DNA of 64,000 nucleotides from an uncultured delta proteobacterium. GTDB taxonomy: Bacteria > Myxococcota > UBA727 > VGSZ01. Location: positions 896,001 to 960,000 of the forward strand of contig CAVZJB010000011.1 of NCBI GenBank assembly GCA_963775425.1. Reading direction: 5' to 3'. Of this stretch, positions 48,970 to 60,035 are shown piece after piece (position 1 is the first letter of the stretch; each line of letters opens with the position of its first letter). The notes beneath the pieces are model-generated. The model was not told where the DNA came from. It ran no database searches and saw nothing but the letters and a program-made list of their open reading frames with translations. Both the position numbers and the translations under genes were made by a program.

Positions 48970-50222
48970 GGGCCTGGTCCGGAATTCAGCTCCTCGACAT
49001 CGCGCGTGAGCGCCGGGCCCTCGCGGCGGGGGAGCTCAAGGCGGTGAAAAAGGACATCGCCGACGCCGAGCGCGACATCAAGAAGCTCGACGCCGCCGTC
49101 GACGAGGCGTGGGCCGACCTGGCCGCCGCCGTCGTGCCCTCGCTCGATGGCGCCTGGCTGGACGCGCGCGCGTCCCAGCTCCACCTGCCCTGGATCGCGC
49201 AGGAGCACGTGAAGCAGCAGCACGAGGAGTATGTGCGCGCGCAGCAGGCGGTCGTCGCCGCCGTCGACGCCGACCCCCGCGCCGCCCCAGGCGCCGACAA
49301 CGCCATCGCCATCAAGCTCGCCGAGGTCGACGACGCCATCAGGCCGCTGCACGACAGCGTCACCACGCTGGAGTCGGAGCCCTACTTCGCCGAGCTCATC
49401 CGCACCAACTACGACACCGACGCGTACGTGGGCCGCTTCTGGCAGCTCTCGTACTATCGCCACTGGAAGAACGCCGACATCATCGTCGCCAAGCACGGCA
49501 CGCGTATGAGGGTCACGCGCTTCGCGGAGCTGCGCGACAAGTACAAGGAGGAGCAGGCCGCGCTCGGGTCGCTCATCGGCGAGAAGCGGCGGCTCGAGCG
49601 GGCGCGCAACGAGGTCGCCGGCCTGCTGCAGAAGCGCGACGCCGCCGCGCGCGCCGTCGAAAACGCTGCCGCGCGAACCCTCGGCGTCGTGCGCTCCAAG
49701 GTGCAGAGCCACCTGCGGCCGGTGGCCCTCGACGCCGTGGCCCAGCTCTTCCCCGGGGAGGAGGGCGTCGAATTCCGGCTCAAGCGCATCGCCGGCGTGC
49801 AGAAGAAGCGCGACTACGCGCGCGCGATGATGGAGCACTTCCTGTTGAGCACGCGCGACAACCTCTCGCGCGTCGTGCAGAAGGCGAGCCGCGCCGAGAC
49901 CAAATACGGGCGGGCCAAGAACGCGCGGCGCACCTTCCAGGTCGACGTCGACCGCGCCTTCCCCGACAAGCGCGACGCGTGGCGCAAGCGCCGCGACCGC
50001 TTCTCGTTCGGCATGAGGCGCCTGAGCGCGTTCGACGACTGGAGTCGCGGCTCGCTCGCCGGTGACTTCCTGTGGTGGGACGTGTTCATGGACGGCTCGC
50101 TCGACGGCCGCTTCATCCCCGAGGTCGGGAGCGCCGGCGCGTCCTCGAAGGCGCACGCGGCGGTGGCGGCGCGGCAACAGGCGTTGCTCGACGACCAGGC
50201 GCTCGAGCTCGACGTGAGCTGA
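48966..50222 (+). CDS. coiled-coil hypothetical protein
   Basis: Heptad-rich helices, aromatic motifs FWQLSYYRHWK and WWDVFMDG. Confidence 0.75.
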   Translation: MRAWSGIQLLDIARERRALAAGELKAVKKDIADAERDIKKLDAAVDEAWADLAAAVVPSLDGAWLDARASQLHLPWIAQEHVKQQHEEYVRAQQAVVAAVDADPRAAPGADNAIAIKLAEVDDAIRPLHDSVTTLESEPYFAELIRTNYDTDAYVGRFWQLSYYRHWKNADIIVAKHGTRMRVTRFAELRDKYKEEQAALGSLIGEKRRLERARNEVAGLLQKRDAAARAVENAAARTLGVVRSKVQSHLRPVALDAVAQLFPGEEGVEFRLKRIAGVQKKRDYARAMMEHFLLSTRDNLSRVVQKASRAETKYGRAKNARRTFQVDVDRAFPDKRDAWRKRRDRFSFGMRRLSAFDDWSRGSLAGDFLWWDVFMDGSLDGRFIPEVGSAGASSKAHAAVAARQQALLDDQALELDVS

Positions 50223-50234
50223 ACGGAGGCATCG

Positions 50235-51887
50235 ATGAGGTCCGTCTCCTTCATGAGCTACGCGGTGAACGGCAGCGGCGTCGGTCACCTGTCGAGACAG
50301 ATCGCGGTGCAGCGTTGGCTGCGCCGGCTGTGCGCTTTGTGTGGCGTCCGCTCGCAGCACTGGTTTTTGACGACGTCGGAGGCGGACACGCTGCTGTTCC
50401 GCGAGGGCTTCGCGGGCTTCAAGCTGCCTTCGAAGACGGTGATCGAGGCGTCGGGCGTCGACAAGCTCGCCTACATCGCGCTCGCCAAGCAGTGGGTGTG
50501 GCACTCGCTGTCGTTGTTGCGGCCGGACCTGTTCCTCGTAGACACGTTCCCGAACGGCTCGTTCCACGAGCTGGTCACCTGCCTGGACCTCTGCGCCAGG
50601 AAGGCGCTCGTCTACCGGCCCGTGAAGGAAGAGCTCGCCGCGCGCGACGACTTCCGCGCGGTGGCGCGGCTGTACGACCGCGTCATCGTCCCCGTCGACG
50701 ACGACGCCGTCGCCGACGCCGCGCTCGCGGCCCTCGGGCTGCCGCCCGCGCAGGCGGCGGTGACGGGTCCGGTGATGCGCGTGGAGCGCTTCGAGCAGAT
50801 GCCCCGCGCCGACGCGCGCGCCGCGTTCGGCGCCGCCCCCGGCGACCGCGTCGTCCTGGTCAGCGGTGGCGGCGGCGGCGACCGGAGCGTGGCGCGCTTG
50901 TTCGAGGACGCGCTCGCCGCCCGGGAGGGGCTGGAGGGCGGCGCGCGCGCCGGCGGCGTGCACCTGGTGCTCGCCGCCGGCCCGCTGTTCCGCGGCGCGC
51001 CGCTGCGGGCGCCGGCGTCGACGTGGTGGACGGCGCCGGATCTGGCGGAGCACCTCCCGGGCGTCGACGCCGCGGTGTGTGCGGCGGGCTTCAACACGGC
51101 GCACGAGCTGTTGTTCGCGGGCGTTCCCACGGCGCTTTTGGCGCAGGAAAAGATCGCCGACGACCAGGCCGCGCGCGTCGCCGCCTTCGCCGCCCGCGGC
51201 GCCTGTCTCGCCGCCGCGCCGGGCGCGGCGGGGATCGCGTCTGCGCTCGCGACGCTCCTCGACGACGGCGCGGCGGCGGAGCTGAGCGCGCGCGCGCGCG
51301 AGGCGGTGCCGGACAACGACGCGCGCTCGGCGGCGGCGGCGGCGCTGTCGCTCGTGTTGCCCGAGCTCGAGGTGCGCCGTGCGCTCGACGCTCTCGAGGA
51401 CGACGCCCTCGCGCGGACGCGCGGCGCGGGCCTCTCGCTCGCCGAGGTCGTCGACGTGGCGGGCGCGCTCGGCGACGCCTTCGACCTCTCGGGAGCGCTC
51501 GACGTCATCGAGCGCGCGCACGAAGAGGGCGTCGCGCGGCAGACGCTGGCCAAGGTGACGGGGCTCCTGTCACGCAAGCTGCGCGTGGTCGGCGACGGCG
51601 CCGGCGTCGGCCGCGCGCTCGACGCGCTCTTCGACGCTCCGGCGGCGCGAGGGCAGTGGGCGGCCTTGCCGATGCTCTTGCAGATGCTGCCGTCAGAGCG
51701 GGTGTTGTCCCCGGAGGCGTGGACGCGCGAGCTGGTGGCGCTGCTCGAGGCTGCGGCGTCCGCCGGCCTCGACGTCTTCGCGGCCACACGGCTGCTCCAC
51801 GAGTGCAGCGAGGAGGCGGGCGACGCGTCGTCGAGCCGCCCGTTGTTCTCGGCGGCGGGCCGCCGCTTGAAGGAGCGCGCCGCGTGA
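50235..51887 (+). CDS. GT-B glycosyltransferase (GT28-like) with helical C-terminal extension
   Basis: NGSGVGHLSR, LVDTFP.G, VSGGGGG, AAGFNTAHE and DDQ..R. Confidence 0.82.
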   Translation: MRSVSFMSYAVNGSGVGHLSRQIAVQRWLRRLCALCGVRSQHWFLTTSEADTLLFREGFAGFKLPSKTVIEASGVDKLAYIALAKQWVWHSLSLLRPDLFLVDTFPNGSFHELVTCLDLCARKALVYRPVKEELAARDDFRAVARLYDRVIVPVDDDAVADAALAALGLPPAQAAVTGPVMRVERFEQMPRADARAAFGAAPGDRVVLVSGGGGGDRSVARLFEDALAAREGLEGGARAGGVHLVLAAGPLFRGAPLRAPASTWWTAPDLAEHLPGVDAAVCAAGFNTAHELLFAGVPTALLAQEKIADDQAARVAAFAARGACLAAAPGAAGIASALATLLDDGAAAELSARAREAVPDNDARSAAAAALSLVLPELEVRRALDALEDDALARTRGAGLSLAEVVDVAGALGDAFDLSGALDVIERAHEEGVARQTLAKVTGLLSRKLRVVGDGAGVGRALDALFDAPAARGQWAALPMLLQMLPSERVLSPEAWTRELVALLEAAASAGLDVFAATRLLHECSEEAGDASSSRPLFSAAGRRLKERAA

Positions 51888-52996
51888 AAGCCGCCGAGGT
51901 GCGCCTGCAATCGCTCGAGGACGGCGTGGTCCGCCTGGGCCCGCAGACGGTGCACGTCGATCTCACCAACGCGTGCAACACCGACTGTGTCACCTGCTGG
52001 GATCACAGCCCGCACCTGACGCAGGCGCGGCCGGCGTCGTGGAAGCGACAGCGCGCGGACGCGGGCTTCGTGCGCGCGCTCCTCGACGACATCGAGGCGC
52101 TGGGCGGGCTCGAGGCGGTGATCCTCTCGGGCATGGGCGAGCCGTTCACGCACCCCGGCGTCTACGACGTGATCGCCGACGTCAAACGACGCGGCCTGCA
52201 CCTGACCATCATCACCAACCTCGTGGCCGCCGACGTCCGCCGCGTGATCGACCTCGGCGTGGACACGTTGCTCATCGGCGTGCAAGGCGCGTCGCAGCAG
52301 AGCTACCTGGCGTTTCATCCGTCGTTCTCGGCGCGGCACTGGTCGCTCTTGATGGAGCAGCTCGCGGCGCTCAAGGCCGCGGGCAGGCGCGACAAGCACG
52401 TGCAGGTGGTGTGCGCGCACAACGCCCACGAGCTCTCGGCGATGGTGGAGCTGGCGGCGGAGCACGGCGCGGCGCAGGTGAATTTCAAGCTCGCGTCGCT
52501 GCGCGCGGGGACGGAGGCGGTGCGCATCGACGACGCGCAGCGGGCGGCGTTGCTCGAGCGCGACATCGCCGCCGCGCGCGAGCGGGCGCAGGCGCTCGGC
52601 GTGGCGGAGAACCTCGAGGTGTTCCGGGCGCAAGTGGAGGCAGGCGGCGAGACCACGGCGCCCATCGAGGAGATCGGCTGCTTCCTGGGCACGTCGTACG
52701 CGCGCATCACCGTCGACGGCAGCGCGCAGTATTGCTGCAACACCGAGACCGTCGTCGGCCGCGTCGATGACGACACACCGTTTTCTTCGCTGTGGACCGG
52801 CGACGCCTGGGCCGCGATGCGCGCCCGTTTGCGCGAGGGGCGCTACTTCCCCGGCTGCCGGCAGTGCGGGAAGCTCAACCAGAACGTGAAGCTGTCGCGG
52901 CGCTTTCGCGCCCTCTTTGGCGTCGAGCGCTGGGCCCGCGTCGCCGGCGCGGAGACGGCGACCGTGCCGCGCGCGGCGCTGCGGGTGTTGCCATGA
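51884..52996 (+). CDS. radical SAM enzyme with SPASM/twitch domain
   Basis: CNTDCVTC, SGMGEP and TN. C-terminal C...CC...CRQC. Confidence 0.9.
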   Translation: MKAAEVRLQSLEDGVVRLGPQTVHVDLTNACNTDCVTCWDHSPHLTQARPASWKRQRADAGFVRALLDDIEALGGLEAVILSGMGEPFTHPGVYDVIADVKRRGLHLTIITNLVAADVRRVIDLGVDTLLIGVQGASQQSYLAFHPSFSARHWSLLMEQLAALKAAGRRDKHVQVVCAHNAHELSAMVELAAEHGAAQVNFKLASLRAGTEAVRIDDAQRAALLERDIAAARERAQALGVAENLEVFRAQVEAGGETTAPIEEIGCFLGTSYARITVDGSAQYCCNTETVVGRVDDDTPFSSLWTGDAWAAMRARLREGRYFPGCRQCGKLNQNVKLSRRFRALFGVERWARVAGAETATVPRAALRVLP

Positions 52997-53976
52997 CGCG
53001 CGGTGGGTACCGGGTTGGCGGCGCCGGCCCCGGGTCGCGCGGGCGCGGGCTGCCGATCGTCGACGGCGCCGTCCCGCTGGAGGGCGCCACCACCCTGGAC
53101 GCCGGCGCCCTCGTCGGAGCCGCGTGGCCGCACCGGCCGACGGTGGAGTGGCAGGTGTGCGGGCAGTGCAACTACGACTGCTCCTATTGCATCCAGTCGA
53201 AGAAGCACCGCGTCGGCGTCCCCGACGACGACGTCGTCGAGCGCTGCTTGGCGTTGCTCGCGGCGCTCCCCGGCCGCTGGGAGGTGAAGACCAGCGGCGG
53301 CGAGCCGTTTTCGACGAGGCTGTTCCTCGAGCGCATCGTGCCCGCGCTCGCGCGCGCCGGCCACATCGTCTCCACGCTCACCAACCTGTCGGCGCCGGCG
53401 CACAAGCTCCTCGAGTACGTCGGCATCCTCGGCGGGAACCTCGGCGTCGTCTCGGCGAGCCTGCACCTCGAGCACACCACGGCGCCCGTGTTCCTCGACA
53501 AGCTCACCGCCATGCGCGCGGCCACCCCTCACGGCCGCTTCGTCGTCAACGCCGTGCTCGTGCCCGAGCGGCTGCGCGAGCTCGTCGAGGTCAAGCGCGC
53601 CGTCGAGGGCGCCGGCTTCTCGTTTTTTCCGCAGCTCATGAAGGTGAAGCACGGCGTCTTCGCGTACACCCCCGAGCAGTGGAGGCTCGTCGAGGACGTC
53701 GTCGGCGATCCCGCCGAGGCCGCGCGCGCGCGCACCGCCAACATGGCCCCCGCGTACACGGGCCGGCGCTGCTTGAGCGGCGCGCGCTACTTCGTGCTCA
53801 TGCAAAACGGCGACGCCTGGAGCTGCCGCTCGGCCAAGCGCGTCGGCGAGGGCTTCCTCGGCAACGCCGTCGACGGCGGCGTGCGGCTGGCTGCGGCCGC
53901 TCGCGCGTGCGCCTACACCATCTGCCCCTGCGCCACGCCCGCCAACCGCGGGATGATCGAGGGCGTCTCCCCGTGA
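52993..53976 (+). CDS. radical SAM enzyme with twitch-like Cys tail
   Basis: CNYDCSYC, SGGEP, TNLS and SLHLE. C..G...C...C...C.C tail. Confidence 0.9.
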   Translation: MTRGGYRVGGAGPGSRGRGLPIVDGAVPLEGATTLDAGALVGAAWPHRPTVEWQVCGQCNYDCSYCIQSKKHRVGVPDDDVVERCLALLAALPGRWEVKTSGGEPFSTRLFLERIVPALARAGHIVSTLTNLSAPAHKLLEYVGILGGNLGVVSASLHLEHTTAPVFLDKLTAMRAATPHGRFVVNAVLVPERLRELVEVKRAVEGAGFSFFPQLMKVKHGVFAYTPEQWRLVEDVVGDPAEAARARTANMAPAYTGRRCLSGARYFVLMQNGDAWSCRSAKRVGEGFLGNAVDGGVRLAAAARACAYTICPCATPANRGMIEGVSP

Positions 53977-54923
53977 AGCCACCGCCGCTCCCCGTGGTCC
54001 CTCCCGATCGCGTGATCCTCGGGGCCACGCCGGAGCCTCCCATCGGCGTGGTCGCGTGGAACATGAACACCTCCTGCAACTACCGCTGCTCGTACTGCAC
54101 GCAGCGCTTCCTTGACGACCGCACCCGCTGGGCCGCCGACGTCCCGCGCTTCCTCGACGGCTTTTCCCGCCTCATGGAGGCTCACCCCCGCTGGGAGGTG
54201 AAGCTCTCCGGCGGTGAGCCGTTCCTTCACCCGCGCTTCCTCGACGTGGTCGCCGGCCTGCGCGCGCGGGGCTTTCTCGTCGGCGTCGTCACCAACTTCT
54301 CGGCGCCGCGCGAAAAGATCGCCGCGTTCCTCGACGCCGCCGGCGACGGGCTCACGGTGCTCTCCTGCTCGCTGCACCTCGAGATCGTTCGAGGCGGCGC
54401 GCCCGGCGATGACGGCGCGACCCCCGATGACGGCGTCGGACACTTCATCGACAAATGCCGGTTTGCGCAGGCGCGCCTTCGGTCCGGCTCGCTCGTGGTC
54501 ACGACGGTGGCCACGCGGGCCGTCTTGCCGGAGCTCGCGGCGCTGCGCGAGCGCTTCGCGGCGGCCGGGGTGGCGCTCAAGGTGCAGCCGGAGAAGCAGG
54601 ACCGGGTGGTCATCGCGTACGACGACGGCGAGCTGCAGGAGCTCGTGCGGCTCGGCGGCCACAACGGCACCGGCGTCGTCGCCCACGACTTCCTCGGCCA
54701 GCCGTGCTGGTCGGGCGCCCGATCGCTGATCGTCGACGATCGCGGCGAGGTGTGGCGCTGCTACCCCGCCCGCCGCCACCGGGCCGAGCGCCTGGGCAAC
54801 CTGCTCGACGGCACCCTGCGCCTGTCGACGGGGCCCACGCCCTGCCGCTATGCCTATTGCAACTGCACGGTGCCCATCGCGCGCGGCATGATGCCCACGA
54901 CGGCACACGAGGGAGCCCGATGA
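53973..54923 (+). CDS. radical SAM enzyme, paralog of the upstream gene
   Basis: CNYRCSYC, WEVKLSGGEP, TNFS, SLHLE and CRYAYCNC. Confidence 0.9.
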   Translation: MKPPPLPVVPPDRVILGATPEPPIGVVAWNMNTSCNYRCSYCTQRFLDDRTRWAADVPRFLDGFSRLMEAHPRWEVKLSGGEPFLHPRFLDVVAGLRARGFLVGVVTNFSAPREKIAAFLDAAGDGLTVLSCSLHLEIVRGGAPGDDGATPDDGVGHFIDKCRFAQARLRSGSLVVTTVATRAVLPELAALRERFAAAGVALKVQPEKQDRVVIAYDDGELQELVRLGGHNGTGVVAHDFLGQPCWSGARSLIVDDRGEVWRCYPARRHRAERLGNLLDGTLRLSTGPTPCRYAYCNCTVPIARGMMPTTAHEGAR

Positions 54924-55423
54924 AGTACACCACCTTTCGCACGCTCGCCGTCGGCGCCGTCGTCCTCGTCGCAGGCGGCGGCGTCGCCGGGTACCTGCTG
55001 TTGCGGCCGGCGCCGCCGCCGGAGGACCCGGTCCCGCTGCACGTGACCTCCGCGCCGGTGGCGCCCGCGCCTGGGCCGGCGGCACCCGCGCCGGCGACAG
55101 CCACGCCGGCGGCGGCCGCGCCCACGCCGACGACGCCCGGCGTGCGCGACGTCGACAACGCCATCCTCTCCCTCGTCAGCTCGCGGCCGGTGCAGGCGAA
55201 GATCAAAGACGCCACCAAGGGTCAGCCGTTCAAGGTGAACCTCTACAGCGACGACGGCGCCCACTGGACGCGCGCCAAGGTCGACCTCGATCGCGACGGC
55301 AACGACGACGAGAAGTGGACGTTCAAGGACGGCGCCTGGGAGCGCAAGGTGTCCAGCGCCGACGACGGCAGCAATTACGACGCGCGCTTCCTGCTCGGCC
55401 CGCGCGGATGGTCGAAGAAGTGA
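54920..55423 (+). CDS. membrane-anchored protein with DxDxDG loop
   Basis: N-terminal TM, Pro/Ala linker, KVDLDRDGNDDEKW. ATGA overlap. Confidence 0.75.
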   Translation: MKYTTFRTLAVGAVVLVAGGGVAGYLLLRPAPPPEDPVPLHVTSAPVAPAPGPAAPAPATATPAAAAPTPTTPGVRDVDNAILSLVSSRPVQAKIKDATKGQPFKVNLYSDDGAHWTRAKVDLDRDGNDDEKWTFKDGAWERKVSSADDGSNYDARFLLGPRGWSKK

Positions 55424-56349
55424 CGGCGCCGTTCCAGAGCCTCGAGGACGTCGAGCAGCGCCTGCGCGCCGTCGGGTATCTCCCCGACAAGCGGATCACC
55501 ACGTCGGCGCTGCTCGCGGTGAAGCTCGAAAAGCCGCTGCTCGTCGAGGGCCCCGCGGGCGTCGGCAAGACGGACCTGGCGCGCGCCATGGCGGAGGCGC
55601 AGCAGATGAAGCTCGTGCGCCTGCAGTGCTACGAGGGCATCGACGAGAGTCGCGCGCTCTACGAGTGGGAGTACGCCAAGCAGCTCCTGTACACGCAGCT
55701 CCTGCGCGACCACCTGCAGGAGCTGGTCGGCAAGAAGGCCAGGCTCGACGACGCCGTCGACGCGCTCACCAGGACCGACAGCATCTTCTTCTCGGAGCAC
55801 TTCCTCCTCGAGCGCCCGCTGCTGCACGCCATTCGCGCCGAGGAGCCTTGTGTGCTGCTCATCGACGAGATCGACAAGGCGGACCCGGAGCTCGAGGCGC
55901 TGCTCCTCGAGGTGCTCGCAGACTTCGCCGTCACCATCCCCGAGATCGGCACCCTGCGCGCGGTCACGCGCCCGCAGGTGCTCCTCACGTCCAACTCCAC
56001 GCGGGAGCTCTCGGACGCGCTGCGCCGCCGCTGCCTGCACCTCACCCTCGGCTACCCCGACCGCGAGCGCGAGCTGGCCATCGTGCGCGCGCGCGTGCCC
56101 GGCGTCGACGAGGCGCTGGCGCGCGCGGTGGTCGGCGCGGTGCAGAAGATCCGCACCTTGGATCTGCGCCGGGCGCCGTCCATCAGCGAGGTCATCGACT
56201 GGACCCGTGCCCTCGGCCTCCTCGGCCGCGGCGTCCTCGACGAGGGCACGCTCGCGGACACCATCGGCGTGATCATGAAGCACAAGGACGACGCGGCGCT
56301 CGTGCTCTCCAAGAAGGGCGACGTCGTCGTGGCGTCGCGCGAGCCCTAG
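55420..56349 (+). CDS. MoxR family (CoxD-like) AAA+ ATPase
   Basis: EGPAGVGKT, RLQCYEG, LLIDEIDKAD, LTSN and LSDALRRRC. Confidence 0.92.
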   Translation: MTAPFQSLEDVEQRLRAVGYLPDKRITTSALLAVKLEKPLLVEGPAGVGKTDLARAMAEAQQMKLVRLQCYEGIDESRALYEWEYAKQLLYTQLLRDHLQELVGKKARLDDAVDALTRTDSIFFSEHFLLERPLLHAIRAEEPCVLLIDEIDKADPELEALLLEVLADFAVTIPEIGTLRAVTRPQVLLTSNSTRELSDALRRRCLHLTLGYPDRERELAIVRARVPGVDEALARAVVGAVQKIRTLDLRRAPSISEVIDWTRALGLLGRGVLDEGTLADTIGVIMKHKDDAALVLSKKGDVVVASREP

Positions 56350-56422
56350 GGTCCGAGCTGCGGGACCGGGTCATAGGGTGTCGCCGCCGGAAGAGCCGCG
56401 CGTTCGCCTCGTGCCGTGAGCG

Positions 56423-56965
56423 CTACTTGAGCACGAAGAGAACCACGAGGCCGACCACGACCAGCGCGGCGACCACGCCGATGCCCACCATCACCATGGT
56501 GTTGCCGCCGCTGCGCGCGGGCGAGGCGGCGGCCGCGGCGGCGGCCTTGGCCTGCTGCTCCTCGGGCTCGACGACCTTGATGACGAAGCCCTCGGTCTCG
56601 AGCATGGCGATGAGCTCGCCGAGGAACTTGTCGTATTCGCTCTGGTAGAGGTCGAGCGCGCTCTGGAAGCGCTGGCGGTGGAGCATGTTGAGGGAGGCGT
56701 AGGAGCGCAGCTCGCACGAGCGCAAGCCGAGGTCGAGGAAGCCGCAGGTGATGGAGCCGGCGACGTCGCCGTTTTCGGCGCGCAGCACGATGGACTCGCG
56801 GGCCTGCTTGCCCCCACCCGTGGACTCCATCTTCGGCGCTTCGACGTTCACCACGCGCGTCACCGCCCCCGAAAAACGGGTGCCGGAGAACCGCTGGGTG
56901 ATGAGGTCACTCGCGGCCAGGGCCGCCTGCGCGAATGCTGTGAGCGCCTTCTTTTCGTACGTCAT
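56423..56965 (-). CDS. hypothetical tail-anchored membrane protein
   Basis: ESTGGGKQA motif, C-terminal TM. Confidence 0.65.
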   Translation of the reverse strand: MTYEKKALTAFAQAALAASDLITQRFSGTRFSGAVTRVVNVEAPKMESTGGGKQARESIVLRAENGDVAGSITCGFLDLGLRSCELRSYASLNMLHRQRFQSALDLYQSEYDKFLGELIAMLETEGFVIKVVEPEEQQAKAAAAAAASPARSGGNTMVMVGIGVVAALVVVGLVVLFVLK

Positions 56966-57109
56966 GGTGGCGACGCTACCACACGCCCCGGGGACCGGCC
57001 GTTCCCCGGGGAACGACGGCGCGTGCCGCCGCCCTTCCTCACCCTTGGCATGCAGACCGCCAACGGCTACACCACGCATCGAAATCATTCTTCCGACGAG
57101 GAGACAACC

Positions 57110-59383
57110 ATGATCGACGGCGTCGAGCTCATCCAGAAGGCGTACGCGCGCATGCAGCAGAAGCACGAGGAGGGCCGCAAGCACTTCGGCCGTCCGCTCA
57201 CGCTGACCGAGAAGATCCTCGTCGCGCACATGGACAAGGTCGCCGACGAAGACGGCAAGAAGCTCGAGCGCAAGAAGAGCTACGCCAACCTCTTCCCCGA
57301 CCGCGTCGCGCTCCAGGACGCCACCGCGCAGATGGCGCTCCTGCAATTCATGCACGCGGGCAAGAAGGAGGTGGCCGTCCCCTCCACCGTGCACTGCGAT
57401 CACCTCATCCAGGCGCACGTGGGCGCCAAGAACGACCTGCTGCGCGCCGTCGACGAAAACAGCGAGGTCTATGACTTCCTGCAGTCGGTCTCGCAGAAGT
57501 ACGGCCTCGGCTTCTGGAAGCCGGGCGCCGGCATCATCCACCAGGTCGTGCTCGAGAACTACGCGTTCCCGGGCGGCATGATGATCGGCACGGACTCGCA
57601 TACGCCCAACGCCGGTGGCCTCGGCATGATCGCCATCGGCATCGGCGGCGCCGACGCCGTCGACGTGATGGCCGGCTTCCCGTTCAACCTGCGCTGGCCC
57701 GGCGTCATCGGCGTTCACCTCAAGGGCTCGCTCAAGGGTTGGACGGCGCCCAAGGACGTCATCCTCAAGCTCATGGGGATCCTCACGGTGAAGGGCGGCA
57801 CCAACCACATCGTCGAGTTCTTCGGCGAGGGCTGCGCCTCCATCTCCGCCACCGGCAAGGGAACCATCACCAACATGGGTGCGGAGCACGGCGCCACCAC
57901 GTCGGTGTTCCCGTTCGACGACGCCATGGCCCGCTACCTCACCGCCACCAACCGCGCCGCCTGGGCCAAGCTCGCCGAGGCCAACGCGGGGGCGCTGCGG
58001 GCGGATCCCGAGGTCGCGGCCGAGCCGAGCAAGTTCTACGACCGCGTCATCGAGATCGACCTCGACACCCTCGAGCCGCACCTCGTCGGGCCGCACACGC
58101 CGGACCTCGCGCGCCCCGTGAGCGCCATGAAGGACGCGGTGCACAAGGAGAGCTACCCGGACAACCTCACGTCGGCGCTCATCGGCTCGTGCACCAACTC
58201 GTCGTACGAGGACGTGTCGCGCGCGGCGTCGCTGGCGGCGGCGGCGGAGAAGGCGGGATTGAAGGCGAAGGTGCCGTTCTTCATCTCGCCCGGCAGCGAG
58301 ACCATCCACCTCACCATCCAGCGCGACGGCCAGATGGCCACGTTCGCGTCGGCCGGCGGCACCGTGCTCGCCAACGCGTGCGGCCCCTGCATCGGGCAGT
58401 GGAAGCGCGACGACATCAAGGAGGGGGAGAGGAACACCATCGTCACCTCCTTCAACCGCAACTTCCGTGGCAGGAACGACGCCAACCGCGAGACCCTCGC
58501 GTTCATCGGCTCGCCCGAGATCGTCACGGCGCTCGCGTTCGCGGGCACGCTGTCGTTCAACCCCTTGAAGGACTCGATCAAGACGCCGGACGGCAAGGAG
58601 TTCACCTTCCCCGCGCCCACGGGCGTGGAGCTGCCCGAGAAGGGCTTCCTCGTCGATCAGAAGGGGTTTCTTCCGCCCGCCGCCGAGGGGGAGAAGGTCG
58701 ACGTGAAGGTCAATCCCAAGTCCAAGCGCCTCGCGTTGCTCGAGCCGTTTTCGCGGTGGAGCGGCAAGGACATCGGCGGCGCGTTCGTGCTGTTGAAGGC
58801 CAAGGGCAAGTGCACCACGGACCACATCTCGGCGGCGGGGAAGTGGCTCTCGTTCCGCGGTCACCTCGACAACATCTCCAACAACCTCTACATCGGCGCC
58901 ACCAACGCCTTCTCCGACGCCGTCGGCACCGTGAAGGACCAGCTCGACGGCGCGGTGAAGGACGTCCCCGCGGTGGCGCGGCACTACAAGGCCGAGGGCA
59001 AGCCCTGGGTGGTGTTCGGCGACGAGAACTTCGGCGAGGGCAGCTCCCGCGAGCACGCTGCCATGGAGCCCCGTCACCTCGGCGGCGTGGCCATCATCGT
59101 GCGCAGCTTCGCGCGCATCCATGAGAGCAACCTGAAGAAGCAGGGCATGCTGCCCCTGACGTTTTCCGATCCCGCCGACTACGACAAGGTGCAGGAAGAC
59201 GACACGGTCGACATCGTCGGGCTCGGCGCGCTCGCGCCGGGCAAGCCGCTCGAGGTCGTGCTGCACCACAAGGCCGGCGGCACCGACACGTTCCAGGTGA
59301 GCCACACCATGTCGTCGGAGCAGATCGAGTGGTTCAAGGCGGGCAGCGCGCTCAACGCGGTGGCCGGCGCAGGGAAACACTGA
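57110..59383 (+). CDS. aconitate hydratase (mitochondrial-type)
   Basis: [45 protein letters not shown] and GSSREHA. Confidence 0.96.
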   Translation: MIDGVELIQKAYARMQQKHEEGRKHFGRPLTLTEKILVAHMDKVADEDGKKLERKKSYANLFPDRVALQDATAQMALLQFMHAGKKEVAVPSTVHCDHLIQAHVGAKNDLLRAVDENSEVYDFLQSVSQKYGLGFWKPGAGIIHQVVLENYAFPGGMMIGTDSHTPNAGGLGMIAIGIGGADAVDVMAGFPFNLRWPGVIGVHLKGSLKGWTAPKDVILKLMGILTVKGGTNHIVEFFGEGCASISATGKGTITNMGAEHGATTSVFPFDDAMARYLTATNRAAWAKLAEANAGALRADPEVAAEPSKFYDRVIEIDLDTLEPHLVGPHTPDLARPVSAMKDAVHKESYPDNLTSALIGSCTNSSYEDVSRAASLAAAAEKAGLKAKVPFFISPGSETIHLTIQRDGQMATFASAGGTVLANACGPCIGQWKRDDIKEGERNTIVTSFNRNFRGRNDANRETLAFIGSPEIVTALAFAGTLSFNPLKDSIKTPDGKEFTFPAPTGVELPEKGFLVDQKGFLPPAAEGEKVDVKVNPKSKRLALLEPFSRWSGKDIGGAFVLLKAKGKCTTDHISAAGKWLSFRGHLDNISNNLYIGATNAFSDAVGTVKDQLDGAVKDVPAVARHYKAEGKPWVVFGDENFGEGSSREHAAMEPRHLGGVAIIVRSFARIHESNLKKQGMLPLTFSDPADYDKVQEDDTVDIVGLGALAPGKPLEVVLHHKAGGTDTFQVSHTMSSEQIEWFKAGSALNAVAGAGKH

Positions 59384-59384
59384 C

Positions 59385-59421
59385 GGGCGGCCGCGGCGAA
59401 TTGACGCGCGGCCGCTCCCTC
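59385..59421 (+). terminator. GC-rich hairpin after aconitase
   Basis: gcggccgcg...cgcggccgc stem, no U tract. Confidence 0.4.
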
Positions 59422-59488
59422 CAGTCGCAATTGCCGCTCGACGTGGGGCGCTTCATGCGCTTAGCTCCGCCCCTACCCAGGGGAACCC

Positions 59489-60031
<543 letters not shown>

Positions 60032-60035
60032 TCCC

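Noticed and set aside
51884-54923. Radical SAMs as heme-pathway enzymes (HemN, NirJ/AhbCD)
   Set aside because: About 23 kb from the hem cluster, lack recognisable HemN/Ahb features, and are coupled to a glycosyltransferase.
57045-57062. Sigma54-like site upstream of aconitase (TGGCAT-N5-CCGC)
   Set aside because: The -12 element is a poor match.
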